DNA from: a virus
Lineage: Duplodnaviria > Caudoviricetes
Length of the DNA stretch: 60,193 nucleotides
Strand: one strand, 5' to 3'
IMG/VR virus record: IMGVR_UViG_3300030104_006323
Location: 1-60,193 of that record
Below, one piece after another: positions 27,736 to 37,243 of the stretch. The stretch's first letter is position 1. Each line of letters starts with the position of its first letter. Below the pieces are notes generated by a model. That model was given only the letters and a program-made list of their open reading frames with translations. It did not search any database and was not told the DNA's origin. The position numbers were made by a program, and so were the translations under genes.

Positions 27736-28650
27736 ATGGCATATATAAATCAATATCAATATTATACAAACAATGGTAATGCACCAGAAGATACTAATTG
27801 GGGCTCTTATCAATATATTTCATTACAAGAAATAGTAAATAATTTTATGTTGATGTATCAAGGAAATCATGAATTGATTAATAACATAAATAGATTTCAA
27901 GTATTATTTTATGCTAAGCGTGGTATTCAAGAATTGAATTATGACGCAATGAAAGAAATTAAAATTTTACAATTAGATGTAGGAAATGAATCAAGATTTA
28001 TTTTACCTGCTGATTATGTAAACTGGGTAAGAATATCACAATTTAGAAATGGTATACTTTATCCTTTAACAGAAAACATACAAACAAACTGGAGCTCCGC
28101 TTATCTTCAAGATAATAATAGCAAAATTTTATTTGATCAAGATGGAAATGTTTTAATGCCAGAAGATTCTCAAGTAGATATGAGTAGAGGAAAAGTAGGA
28201 ATATATTTAAATGACAACAGTATATTTAATAATCAAGAAGGAATATGCGTAGATGGGCGCTGGTATTTTGATTATGCAATAGGCGCAAGGTTTGGTTTAA
28301 ATACTGAAACAGCAAATGTAAATCCTACATTTACTATAGATAAAAAAGCAGGTGTAATTAATTTCAGTTCATTAGGCGGAAGCGCTTCCATTGTATTAGA
28401 ATATGTATCTGATGGTATGGAGGGTGGAGATGATTCTAAAGTTAGTGTCAATAAATTGTTTGAAGAATTTATATACGCATATATTAAGTATTCTATTTTG
28501 AATAGTAGATTAGGAGTGCAAGAATATGTAGTTAGAAGAGCTCAAAAAGACAAGTCTTCTTTGCTGCGTAATGCAAAATTAAGATTAAGTAATATACATC
28601 CTGGTCGTCTCTTAATGAATTTAAGAGGTCAGGATAAATGGATAAAGTAA
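27736..28650 (+). CDS. putative tail ring protein
   Basis: LPADYVNWVRIS and LEYVSDG motifs; between adaptor and muzzle genes. Confidence 0.6.
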   Translation: MAYINQYQYYTNNGNAPEDTNWGSYQYISLQEIVNNFMLMYQGNHELINNINRFQVLFYAKRGIQELNYDAMKEIKILQLDVGNESRFILPADYVNWVRISQFRNGILYPLTENIQTNWSSAYLQDNNSKILFDQDGNVLMPEDSQVDMSRGKVGIYLNDNSIFNNQEGICVDGRWYFDYAIGARFGLNTETANVNPTFTIDKKAGVINFSSLGGSASIVLEYVSDGMEGGDDSKVSVNKLFEEFIYAYIKYSILNSRLGVQEYVVRRAQKDKSSLLRNAKLRLSNIHPGRLLMNLRGQDKWIK

Positions 28651-28651
28651 T

Positions 28652-31600
28652 ATGCCAATAGTAACTACCAATTTTATCAGAGGACGGATGAATAAATCCG
28701 TAGATGAAAGACTACTTCCTCCTGGGGAGTATGTGGATGCTATGAACTTAAGGTTGGGATCTACAGAAACTACGGAAATAGGTGCGGTAGAAAACAGTAA
28801 AGGTAATACACAACTTACTACATTAGAATATATAAATATTCCATTATCTGCTACTGCAAAATGTATAGGTGCGTATGAAGACAGCGCAGAAGAAACAATT
28901 TATTGGTTTGTTCATGAAAATAATTACGATGCCAAGGGTGGAATTGTTGACATGATTGTATCTTTCAATACAAACACCAGTGCATTACGATATCATGTAA
29001 TTACAAGAAACACTCTTAATTTTGATCCTAAATTTTTAATAACAGGTGTAGAAAAAATAGAGGATTTATTGTTTTTTACTGACAACCTTAATCCTCCAAG
29101 AAAAATAAATGTACGACAAACCTATCCTTTTCCTAATGGTAGCACAGATCTCACATTAGAAGAAGATTTAAATGTTATAGTAAAACCTCCTGGTTATGAA
29201 TTTACTCCAGGCGTAGGCACTTACATTCCTTTACCCGCACCGACTTTAGATGGTATTACATTACCTGGTTCTGAAAACTATATTGAAAATAGATTTTTAT
29301 GTTTTGCTTATAGATATAGATACCAAAATAATGAATACAGTGCAATCTCTTTATTTTCTAAACCAGCATTTGCGACAGGACAGTTTAGGTTTAGTGTTAA
29401 AAATTACAACAATGAAGGAATGCAAAACAGATTTAATGCTGTAAACATTTCTTTTAGTACAGGAAGCAGTAGAGTTAAAGAGGTAGATTTATTATTTAAA
29501 GACACTTCAACAAATAATATTTATGTAATAGAAAGATTTGATAAAGAAGAAAATGGTTGGGCAAGTGATTCAATACACACCTTTCAGTTTAATAATAGTA
29601 AAATATATTCCGTATTAGGAAGCGATGAGCTTTTAAGATTATACGATAATGTACCAACTAAAGCACAAGCTTTAACTATTATGGGTAATAGATTAATCTA
29701 CGGAAATTATGTCGATGGTTTTAATATAACTAATGAAAACGGGCAAGAAATTGCTCTTAATTATTCTACAAAACTTATCAATAGAAATGTAGATTTTATT
29801 GATCTTCCTGACGCAACAATATCTAATGGTGTTAATTATACTATTGATCCAACCACAACAGTGACCGCTACAAATGCTGTCGCTGAATTTGATCTTAGCG
29901 ATATTAACGCGCAGTTAAAAAGAAACTCAGTTTTAAATTTTAGTATTACTGCTGAACACTCACAATTATCAGGAACAACTGCTGAGTCGTGTTTTCAAGA
30001 CAATGTTAATTTTACTAATGGAGTAATTACATTTGATTTTTCTGTTACATTAACCGCTGATTACAGTTCAGTATATGATTTTAGTCAGAGCTCCGATTTT
30101 AGAAATGCTATTGGAACTGAAGAAGGAGTCAATTTTCAGCCTATTGCAACAGCCAGTGATGGAGGATCTTTAACTGATTCGTTTAATAATGATTTAGCCT
30201 TACCTTCTGTTACTTGTACTTTTACTAAGACTTTAAGTAGTATTAATGACTCGACTGCTCAACAAGGGTGGGCGATTACTGCGACTCCAGGAAGTGATAT
30301 AATTAAACTTCAAATTCTTGCAATTAAATTTGTAAGTGCAGGTTCTGCTGGACCACCTGTCGTTAATCAAACAGACTTGTATGAATACTTTAGAATATCG
30401 ACTGCAAGTCTGGCGTTTACATCTACTAAAGATACTGGTAGTTTACACAGTAATAGAGATTTTGCAACAGGCATAGTTTACTTAGATGATTATGGAAGGG
30501 CATCTACAGTTTTAACTTCTAACTTTAATACAATTAGTATTCCTGCTTCAGACAGTACACGATTAAATTCTATTGAAGCCACGGTAGAAAACTACGCTCC
30601 TTCTTGGGCACAAAGATATAAGTTTGTTGTCAAGCCCAGTAAAGGTAACTATGAAACTATATTTTCTAATTTTTATTATACTGTACAAACTTCACAAGTA
30701 ACATATTTTAAATTAGAAGGAGATAATCAAAACAAAGTAAAAACAGGAGATACTCTAATCGTAAAGACTGATGTGGGCGGACCAATCACAAGAGTTGTAA
30801 AAGCTAAGGTTTTAAATGTTGAGGCTCAGGCAAGAAACTTTTTAGATGATGAGCAAGGTTTGGGTGATGACACTTTTCAATTACCTGGTTTATACATGGA
30901 AATAAAACCTTCAGGATTTAATGTTAACATTCCTCAAGATGCCATAATAGAAAATGGAGAAAAAAGTGATAAGTCTACAGGAGATGACGGAAGGTGTAAG
31001 ACTGGTGTTAATTATCCTTTGTTTACTACCGATGAAAACGGTGTAACAGAAAATTATACCATACCTGCTGGCTCTGCAATTCAAATTAAAATAAGAGTTA
31101 GTAGAGATGAAAGAGGTAATCAATGTGAGGGCTTTGAGTGGAAGTGGGAGCAAACTTTATTTTCATCTTCAGAGTATCCTGATTTTAGAAGATGGTGGAT
31201 AGGAGATCAAATAAATCCAGCCAATGCTTCACCTGGTAAAATCGAAGCGGATGGTAATATAGAAGTTGTTAATAAAACAACAGTTGGTTCCTATAGTGCT
31301 GGTGTAGGCGGTGTTACATGTACTACAGACAGTGGTCAAAATGTAAGTAGTGATTCTGTATTTTTTCAGTTTCTACAAGACACTGTTGCAGATTCAGCTT
31401 CACCTCTGGGATTAGTTGTTAAAACAAAAAAGCCTGGGTGTGCAGGGTTTCAACCTTTTTCAAGAAGAAGAAATGTAAAAGTCGAATGTGAGATTATTGT
31501 TACGCGAGCAAATACTATGATAGTATTTGAAACAGAACCGTTGGATGCAAACCCTGACATATTTTTTGATGCTTCAGAATCTTATCCAATAATAAGGGAT

Positions 31601-33457
31601 AGTGCTACAGGAAATTACTTACATCAATCTGGTAGTGCAGATGCTGATCAAAATCAAACCACATCACAACCCGCTATAGTTACATTACCTTTTATAGATT
31701 GTTTTACATTTGGTAATGGAGTAGAGAGTTTTAAAATAAATGATGATTTAGCAGGTAGAGCATTAACTATGGGGCAGCGCGTATTAGCTGTTTCAGAACA
31801 AGATTTTAAAGAAGCAAATAGATTTGCTGATGTAACTTATAGTGGTATATTTAGTAGTAATGCTGGGGTAAATAACTTAAATGAATTTAATTTAGGTTTA
31901 GCTAATTTTAAAGAATTAGAAACCAGCTTTGGTCCTATTCAAAAACTATATGCAAGAGAAACAGACATATTAACTTTACAAGAAGATAAGATAAGTTATG
32001 TACTGGCATCTAAAAATTTAATTAGTGATGCTTCTGGAGGTGGAGCTATTGTTAGCACACCTACAATATTAGGAACTCAAATAGCCAGAATAGAAGAATA
32101 TGGTATTAGTTTTAATCCAGAAAGTTTTGCGCACTATGGTGATAGTTATTATTTTACTGACACTAAAAGAGTTGGGGTAATAAGACTTAGAGGTAACAGC
32201 CAAAACGATCAGCTTACAGTTATATCTGATTTAGGAATGAGATCTTGGTTTAGAGATAATTTCCAAACAGCTTTAGATACACAAAAAATTGGAGGATATG
32301 ATCCATATATGGATGAATATGTTTTATCTACCAATAATATTAAAGTACCCGTTCCTGATGTGATATATGATTGTGGAGCAGAATTTCAAGCAGTTAGTTC
32401 ATCTGCTAATACAATTTACACGATTGATTTTGGGTCTATTATAGGAGATATGGTGGTGAATTTTTCAGTAACTGGAACAGCTATTTGTGGAATTAGTTGG
32501 AACGGAACAGCCGCTTCTTCAGGGTTAGTAACTGATTCGAGTACTACTGTTACTTTAGCCAAAACAAGTGGCTCCCCAACAACAGCACAAATCTCCGTAC
32601 AACCAAATGGTTCTGCGTCTTGGGCAGTAACACCACAATGTATTACTCCATTAAATATAACTGTATTTAAATGTGTAATAAACTCAAACATTAAAAGTGG
32701 AAGTTTAATTCATGTTGAGTATGGTTGGTCTGACACTTCAACTATAAGCCCAATAGATACAGATCAAATAACAATGGGTTCAAATGATTTAATATTTAGC
32801 TATTTCCAAAGTCAAACAGGAGTAAGATCAGTTGGTGTATACCCTTATGATGGAGCAAGTTTAAATATGAGGGTAAATAAATTAGCCACAGATGATTATG
32901 ACTGGACTTATCCAAATGATAATTTTAAGTTTTTATCTACAAATACTTTATATCAAAACAACACAACAGATGTAGCAGCATTATTGGCGGCAGCGTCAGA
33001 TATACCTAATTCCTTTGTGACGAATCCATCAGGAACAAATGTTAGAGAGGCAACGGTTACACCATCCACCAATCCAGCGTTTTCATTACCATCAGGAAAT
33101 CAATATTTATATTTAATTTATGACTTTAGATTTACCTCAGCGCAATCATTATGTTATTCAGATACTTCGGCTTCTGAAGCTTGTTGTGAATGTACTATAC
33201 CATGTACTTCGTTTTCAGCAAGTACGGTTCAGACATCTTCATCAATAGCGTGTCAGCAACCATTGACTCAAACATTTTATTATAATGGTAGTACAGGCAT
33301 AGCGATTGGTAATTTGGTCTATAGTGATTCTCAATGCGCAGGTAATGCACCAGGAGCAGGAATAAACAACCTTCCTCAAGGTTATTATAAAATAACAGGA
33401 AATGAGTATATTAGGGTAAATTCACAAGGATTAGTAATAGAAAAAACAAGTTGTTAA
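28652..33457 (+). CDS. tail muzzle/stabilisation protein (P22 gp10/crAss muzzle-like) with a Cys-rich C-terminal extension
   Basis: MNKSVDERLLPPGEYVDAMN, LFFTDNLNPPRKIN, GNRLIYGNY, YGISFNPESFA, GGYDPYMDEY. Confidence 0.7.
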   Translation: MPIVTTNFIRGRMNKSVDERLLPPGEYVDAMNLRLGSTETTEIGAVENSKGNTQLTTLEYINIPLSATAKCIGAYEDSAEETIYWFVHENNYDAKGGIVDMIVSFNTNTSALRYHVITRNTLNFDPKFLITGVEKIEDLLFFTDNLNPPRKINVRQTYPFPNGSTDLTLEEDLNVIVKPPGYEFTPGVGTYIPLPAPTLDGITLPGSENYIENRFLCFAYRYRYQNNEYSAISLFSKPAFATGQFRFSVKNYNNEGMQNRFNAVNISFSTGSSRVKEVDLLFKDTSTNNIYVIERFDKEENGWASDSIHTFQFNNSKIYSVLGSDELLRLYDNVPTKAQALTIMGNRLIYGNYVDGFNITNENGQEIALNYSTKLINRNVDFIDLPDATISNGVNYTIDPTTTVTATNAVAEFDLSDINAQLKRNSVLNFSITAEHSQLSGTTAESCFQDNVNFTNGVITFDFSVTLTADYSSVYDFSQSSDFRNAIGTEEGVNFQPIATASDGGSLTDSFNNDLALPSVTCTFTKTLSSINDSTAQQGWAITATPGSDIIKLQILAIKFVSAGSAGPPVVNQTDLYEYFRISTASLAFTSTKDTGSLHSNRDFATGIVYLDDYGRASTVLTSNFNTISIPASDSTRLNSIEATVENYAPSWAQRYKFVVKPSKGNYETIFSNFYYTVQTSQVTYFKLEGDNQNKVKTGDTLIVKTDVGGPITRVVKAKVLNVEAQARNFLDDEQGLGDDTFQLPGLYMEIKPSGFNVNIPQDAIIENGEKSDKSTGDDGRCKTGVNYPLFTTDENGVTENYTIPAGSAIQIKIRVSRDERGNQCEGFEWKWEQTLFSSSEYPDFRRWWIGDQINPANASPGKIEADGNIEVVNKTTVGSYSAGVGGVTCTTDSGQNVSSDSVFFQFLQDTVADSASPLGLVVKTKKPGCAGFQPFSRRRNVKVECEIIVTRANTMIVFETEPLDANPDIFFDASESYPIIRDSATGNYLHQSGSADADQNQTTSQPAIVTLPFIDCFTFGNGVESFKINDDLAGRALTMGQRVLAVSEQDFKEANRFADVTYSGIFSSNAGVNNLNEFNLGLANFKELETSFGPIQKLYARETDILTLQEDKISYVLASKNLISDASGGGAIVSTPTILGTQIARIEEYGISFNPESFAHYGDSYYFTDTKRVGVIRLRGNSQNDQLTVISDLGMRSWFRDNFQTALDTQKIGGYDPYMDEYVLSTNNIKVPVPDVIYDCGAEFQAVSSSANTIYTIDFGSIIGDMVVNFSVTGTAICGISWNGTAASSGLVTDSSTTVTLAKTSGSPTTAQISVQPNGSASWAVTPQCITPLNITVFKCVINSNIKSGSLIHVEYGWSDTSTISPIDTDQITMGSNDLIFSYFQSQTGVRSVGVYPYDGASLNMRVNKLATDDYDWTYPNDNFKFLSTNTLYQNNTTDVAALLAAASDIPNSFVTNPSGTNVREATVTPSTNPAFSLPSGNQYLYLIYDFRFTSAQSLCYSDTSASEACCECTIPCTSFSASTVQTSSSIACQQPLTQTFYYNGSTGIAIGNLVYSDSQCAGNAPGAGINNLPQGYYKITGNEYIRVNSQGLVIEKTSC

Positions 33458-33458
33458 T

Positions 33459-35042
33459 ATGGCAGTACAATTCGACACATTTTATTTTGATGGTTTAAAT
33501 TTCTCAAGTGCCACTATAGTATATGATGACGCAGCGTTAACTACAGTTGCGGCAGATGGATACTATGCACAAAATGGTATAGTCCGTCAACAACTAAACG
33601 GATTGCTTTTAAATGCACAATCATGTACAACCTGCGCGACTTCATGTGATAGCTCAGTGTCTGTAAGTATTTCTGGTCAGCCAGGATACTTCAATGCTGA
33701 TATAGATGTGGGAAATACCACAGGAGCAGTGGTTGCATACTTTTATATGGGAAGCACTATACCCGATGGAGTTATCGGAACATTTAACAATGTTGCATAC
33801 AACAAGTTAACTTCTTATAAAAACCATGATACGGTAACTTTAATTGACGATCTTGGTGCAACAGTAGATTATTCAGGTATAAGCAATACTACTTCTGTTC
33901 CTGATAGAAATATTGCTACCTATGTGGGTAATGAAAATTCAAGTTTAGTAAACCTTAGTCCCCACCCTAATGTTCCTGAATATAATTTAGTGGGTGGATC
34001 TTATGTAGCTACTGGATTAACAAGAAGTATAACGGTAGTTAATAACCAAGTTGGATATGCTAAAGACAATGTTTCAACGCCTTCATCCCCAGTATTTACA
34101 ATGGTGGTTCCTAAAAATGATGCTACTGAAACTATATTTAATTTGCAAATTTTTGCACCTCTAACAGGCACAGCTTTTAGGTGGGAGGTAAAATGTCCTG
34201 AAGAATTACCTTCATTTACAGGTAGTCCTTTACAAGCATCTGATACATGTGCAACAGCTGACACAACTTATTATTTTGCACGAAACGCTACAAACACTAA
34301 TCCATTTACAGTGGACACAAACACAGTTCCTGATGTGGGTAACTGGGTATTTACAGATGCTGTAGGTAGCACATACGCGAATGATACAAGTGTTATTCAA
34401 TATATAATTGTAGCTAATACAACTGCCTTAGGAATTAGAAATGGTGTGTGTGTGAGTTCGGCTGCATGTGATTCATCTGGAGGATTGCTTTCGTATACAT
34501 CATCAGGTGTAACTAATTTCGGTAATATATGCAACGATAGCTCAGCTCCTGCATTACAGTTTACTTATTATCATAGTGGAGCAGGTGTTGGCCCAGGAAG
34601 TGTTTATCCAAGTCAAGGAGATGTTGTTTACTCCGATGCTTCTGGCACAACTTTCCTTCAAGCAGGTTACTATTATCTGTATCAAGATGGAACAGGAGAT
34701 TTTCATTATATTATAGTAGGAAATAATGGAGTCGTAACAACAGCAAGTAGTTGTTCTCCACCAACTGTACAATTTTTTAGAAGCGGAGTACAATCAAGTT
34801 GTTCAAGTTTCTGTAATGCTAATTACACTATACCTGTTCCTACCGCAACTACAACAAATGATACATACGCAAATGTTGTAGGCGGTGAAACTATTGCGGG
34901 ATCCTCAATAAATGATGGATGGTATGCTTACGCTGCATCAAGTACAAATACAGCTACTGGGACATTTAGAATAATGCAAGTAGAAAGTAATGTAATACAA
35001 GCATTAGCTGAATGCGATAATGGAATATGTCAATTACTATAA
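33459..35042 (+). CDS. Cys-rich modular tail-associated protein
   Basis: several modules of the form C...YY...GDxVYxD...GYY...GVV...C. Confidence 0.6.
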   Translation: MAVQFDTFYFDGLNFSSATIVYDDAALTTVAADGYYAQNGIVRQQLNGLLLNAQSCTTCATSCDSSVSVSISGQPGYFNADIDVGNTTGAVVAYFYMGSTIPDGVIGTFNNVAYNKLTSYKNHDTVTLIDDLGATVDYSGISNTTSVPDRNIATYVGNENSSLVNLSPHPNVPEYNLVGGSYVATGLTRSITVVNNQVGYAKDNVSTPSSPVFTMVVPKNDATETIFNLQIFAPLTGTAFRWEVKCPEELPSFTGSPLQASDTCATADTTYYFARNATNTNPFTVDTNTVPDVGNWVFTDAVGSTYANDTSVIQYIIVANTTALGIRNGVCVSSAACDSSGGLLSYTSSGVTNFGNICNDSSAPALQFTYYHSGAGVGPGSVYPSQGDVVYSDASGTTFLQAGYYYLYQDGTGDFHYIIVGNNGVVTTASSCSPPTVQFFRSGVQSSCSSFCNANYTIPVPTATTTNDTYANVVGGETIAGSSINDGWYAYAASSTNTATGTFRIMQVESNVIQALAECDNGICQLL

Positions 35043-35045
35043 ATT

Positions 35046-35825
35046 ATGTCAACTGAATATACACTAACATATAAACCAGAAAATGAGGGATGGCCTTCGT
35101 TCTATTCTTTTATACCAGAATTTATAATTGGTATGAACGCTTATCTTTATACTTTTAAAAATGGTAATTTATATAGGCACAATACAAATGACAATAGAAA
35201 TGAATATTATGGTGTAGACGGATCAACAACTCCCTCTACTTTAACAAGTGTATTTAATCCTGAACCTACACTATCAATAAAACTATTTAAAACTTTATCC
35301 TTTGAAAGTAATGCTGTATGGGATTGTACAGCTTTGCTAACAGATTTAAGTCAAGGTAATGTAGATGAAATAAATTTTGAACAAAAAGAAGGAGAGTGGT
35401 ACGCTTATGTAAGACATAATACAGGTGTAACAAATTTTGCTTTACGATATGCTAATGGTTTAGGAAATGTTTCTGTAGCGCCAACTGGACCTAATACTGC
35501 CAGAGTGTTAACAATAGGAAACACTTTAGGAAACATAGTTAATATTGGGGCTCAAATATATGTTATGGTAGGAGGAGGAACTCCTGTTGTAGCGGGAACT
35601 ATAGAGGGTATAGATAAAAACAATAACACCATAACAGTAAACGAAACTGTTCCAGTAGGGGTAACACCTGCCACTCAAGGCGACTTTATATTATTTGTAA
35701 ACAATACTATTGCTGAATCATACGGAATGAGAGGTTATTATATGGAGTTTACTTTATCTAATAACGACACAACACCTGTTGAGCTCTTTTCTGTAGGTAG
35801 TAGTGTGATGAAAAGTTTTCCATAG
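35046..35825 (+). CDS. tail protein resembling the C-terminal part of muzzle/stabilisation proteins
   Basis: GWPSFYSFIPE, YTFKNGNLYRH, KLFKTLSFES, KEGEWYA, MRGYYMEF. Confidence 0.6.
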   Translation: MSTEYTLTYKPENEGWPSFYSFIPEFIIGMNAYLYTFKNGNLYRHNTNDNRNEYYGVDGSTTPSTLTSVFNPEPTLSIKLFKTLSFESNAVWDCTALLTDLSQGNVDEINFEQKEGEWYAYVRHNTGVTNFALRYANGLGNVSVAPTGPNTARVLTIGNTLGNIVNIGAQIYVMVGGGTPVVAGTIEGIDKNNNTITVNETVPVGVTPATQGDFILFVNNTIAESYGMRGYYMEFTLSNNDTTPVELFSVGSSVMKSFP

Positions 35826-35833
35826 ATTTTTAT

Positions 35834-35841
35834 TATCTTTG
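35834..35841 (+). promoter_or_regulatory. -7 promoter box for the ejection-protein operon
   Basis: TATCTTTG; implies the next gene starts at ATG 35860 and not TTG 35839. Confidence 0.55.
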
Positions 35842-35859
35842 TCTGAAATAGTATACAAT

Positions 35860-36393
35860 ATGCAAGACTCTTTGGTTAGAAATGAATACAGGCCTGAGGA
35901 GATTTTAAATGCTGTTCACTATCATAAAGGAATATTGTGGGATAAAATAGCTTCGTTTAAAGATCATTTAAGTTCTTTAGAGGGTGCTGCCACACATGAA
36001 TTAGGTAAACCTCAAGAAGAGTTGATGCAGGATTATTATCCACTTAAACATAATTTTGAAGGAGGTTTATATACAAGAGAAATATTTATGCCAAAGGGGC
36101 ATGTGACTGTTTCGTTTATTCACAAACAACAACACCCGTCCTTTTTAATGGAAGGTAAAGTTTCTTTTTTAAATGATGAAGGAAGAGTAGAAACTATTAG
36201 TGCTCCACATACAGTGTTTACTAAAGTGGGTACACAAAGAATATTCTTTATTCATGAAGATACTAAATGGGTATGTGTTTATAAAACCAATGCAACAAAT
36301 GTTGAAGAAGCTGAAAAAGAAATATATGCAAACAGTTACAAACAATTACCAAAAAAAATAATTAATAAAGCAATACAATTATGGCAGGAGTAA
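35860..36393 (+). CDS. cupin-fold protein
   Basis: HNFEGGLYTREIFMPKG...IHKQQH...GKV pattern. Confidence 0.65.
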   Translation: MQDSLVRNEYRPEEILNAVHYHKGILWDKIASFKDHLSSLEGAATHELGKPQEELMQDYYPLKHNFEGGLYTREIFMPKGHVTVSFIHKQQHPSFLMEGKVSFLNDEGRVETISAPHTVFTKVGTQRIFFIHEDTKWVCVYKTNATNVEEAEKEIYANSYKQLPKKIINKAIQLWQE

Positions 36394-37238
36394 TAGCAGG
36401 TATTGGATTAGCAACATCCCTTATAGGTTCTGGAGTAAGTTTTACTCAAGCAGCTAAAGCTAAAAGAGAACAAAAAAAAGCTGAGCGCCAGCAAAAAGCT
36501 TTGATGGAAAAAGCAAAAGAGCGTGCTGAAAAAAACTTTTACGAAACTTTGAATGTACCTATTGATGCGTTTGATAATCAATATAAACAAAACCAACAAG
36601 TAGCCGCCCAAGCATTAGAGGCTCTTCAACAAGGAGATGCAAGAAATTTAGCTGCGGGAGTAGGTGGCTTACAAGCAGCGGCATCGCAAGCAAATGAAGT
36701 AGTTAGAACAGGTATGCAGGATGCTCTTTATGAAAACAGAAAAATGAAGATGGAAGGTAAAGCAGCAATAGAACAACAACTTATAGATATGGAAGTAGGT
36801 GCTGCAGCAGACCAAGCGCAAATGGCAAGAGACTTTGGAAGAGATCAAGCAGCTGGCATACAAGGTGGTATAGCAGGTGTTGGTCAAGCTGCCCAATCCG
36901 CCTCATCATTAGTGCCTTTATTTGCTGCAGGTAAAGAAGGTAGAGCAGCAATGCAAGCTGATGAAGTATTTGGTGGACAAGAAGATCAAACTCAGGATCA
37001 ACTTAGTAAGACAGTTGATGAAGGAGGTACTGGTATGTCAAGAGCTAATAGGCTTCAAACTTTAAAAGGCTATCAATTTACACCAGCTGAAATTAGAAGG
37101 ATAAAAAGAAGTGATAACCAGTTTGAAGATTTTAAAACACTTATTGAAGGTAATGATCCAAGATTTAAAAATTTACAAACAGACATTGGTAGTGTTACTG
37201 ATATGAGTGGATTACAGAAATTACTTTACGGATACTAA
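36381..37238 (+). CDS. putative ejection (pilot) protein 1
   Basis: hydrophobic G/A N-terminus and Q/A-rich helices; podovirus-like gene position. Confidence 0.6.
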   Translation: MAGVIAGIGLATSLIGSGVSFTQAAKAKREQKKAERQQKALMEKAKERAEKNFYETLNVPIDAFDNQYKQNQQVAAQALEALQQGDARNLAAGVGGLQAAASQANEVVRTGMQDALYENRKMKMEGKAAIEQQLIDMEVGAAADQAQMARDFGRDQAAGIQGGIAGVGQAAQSASSLVPLFAAGKEGRAAMQADEVFGGQEDQTQDQLSKTVDEGGTGMSRANRLQTLKGYQFTPAEIRRIKRSDNQFEDFKTLIEGNDPRFKNLQTDIGSVTDMSGLQKLLYGY

Positions 37239-37243
37239 TAGTT

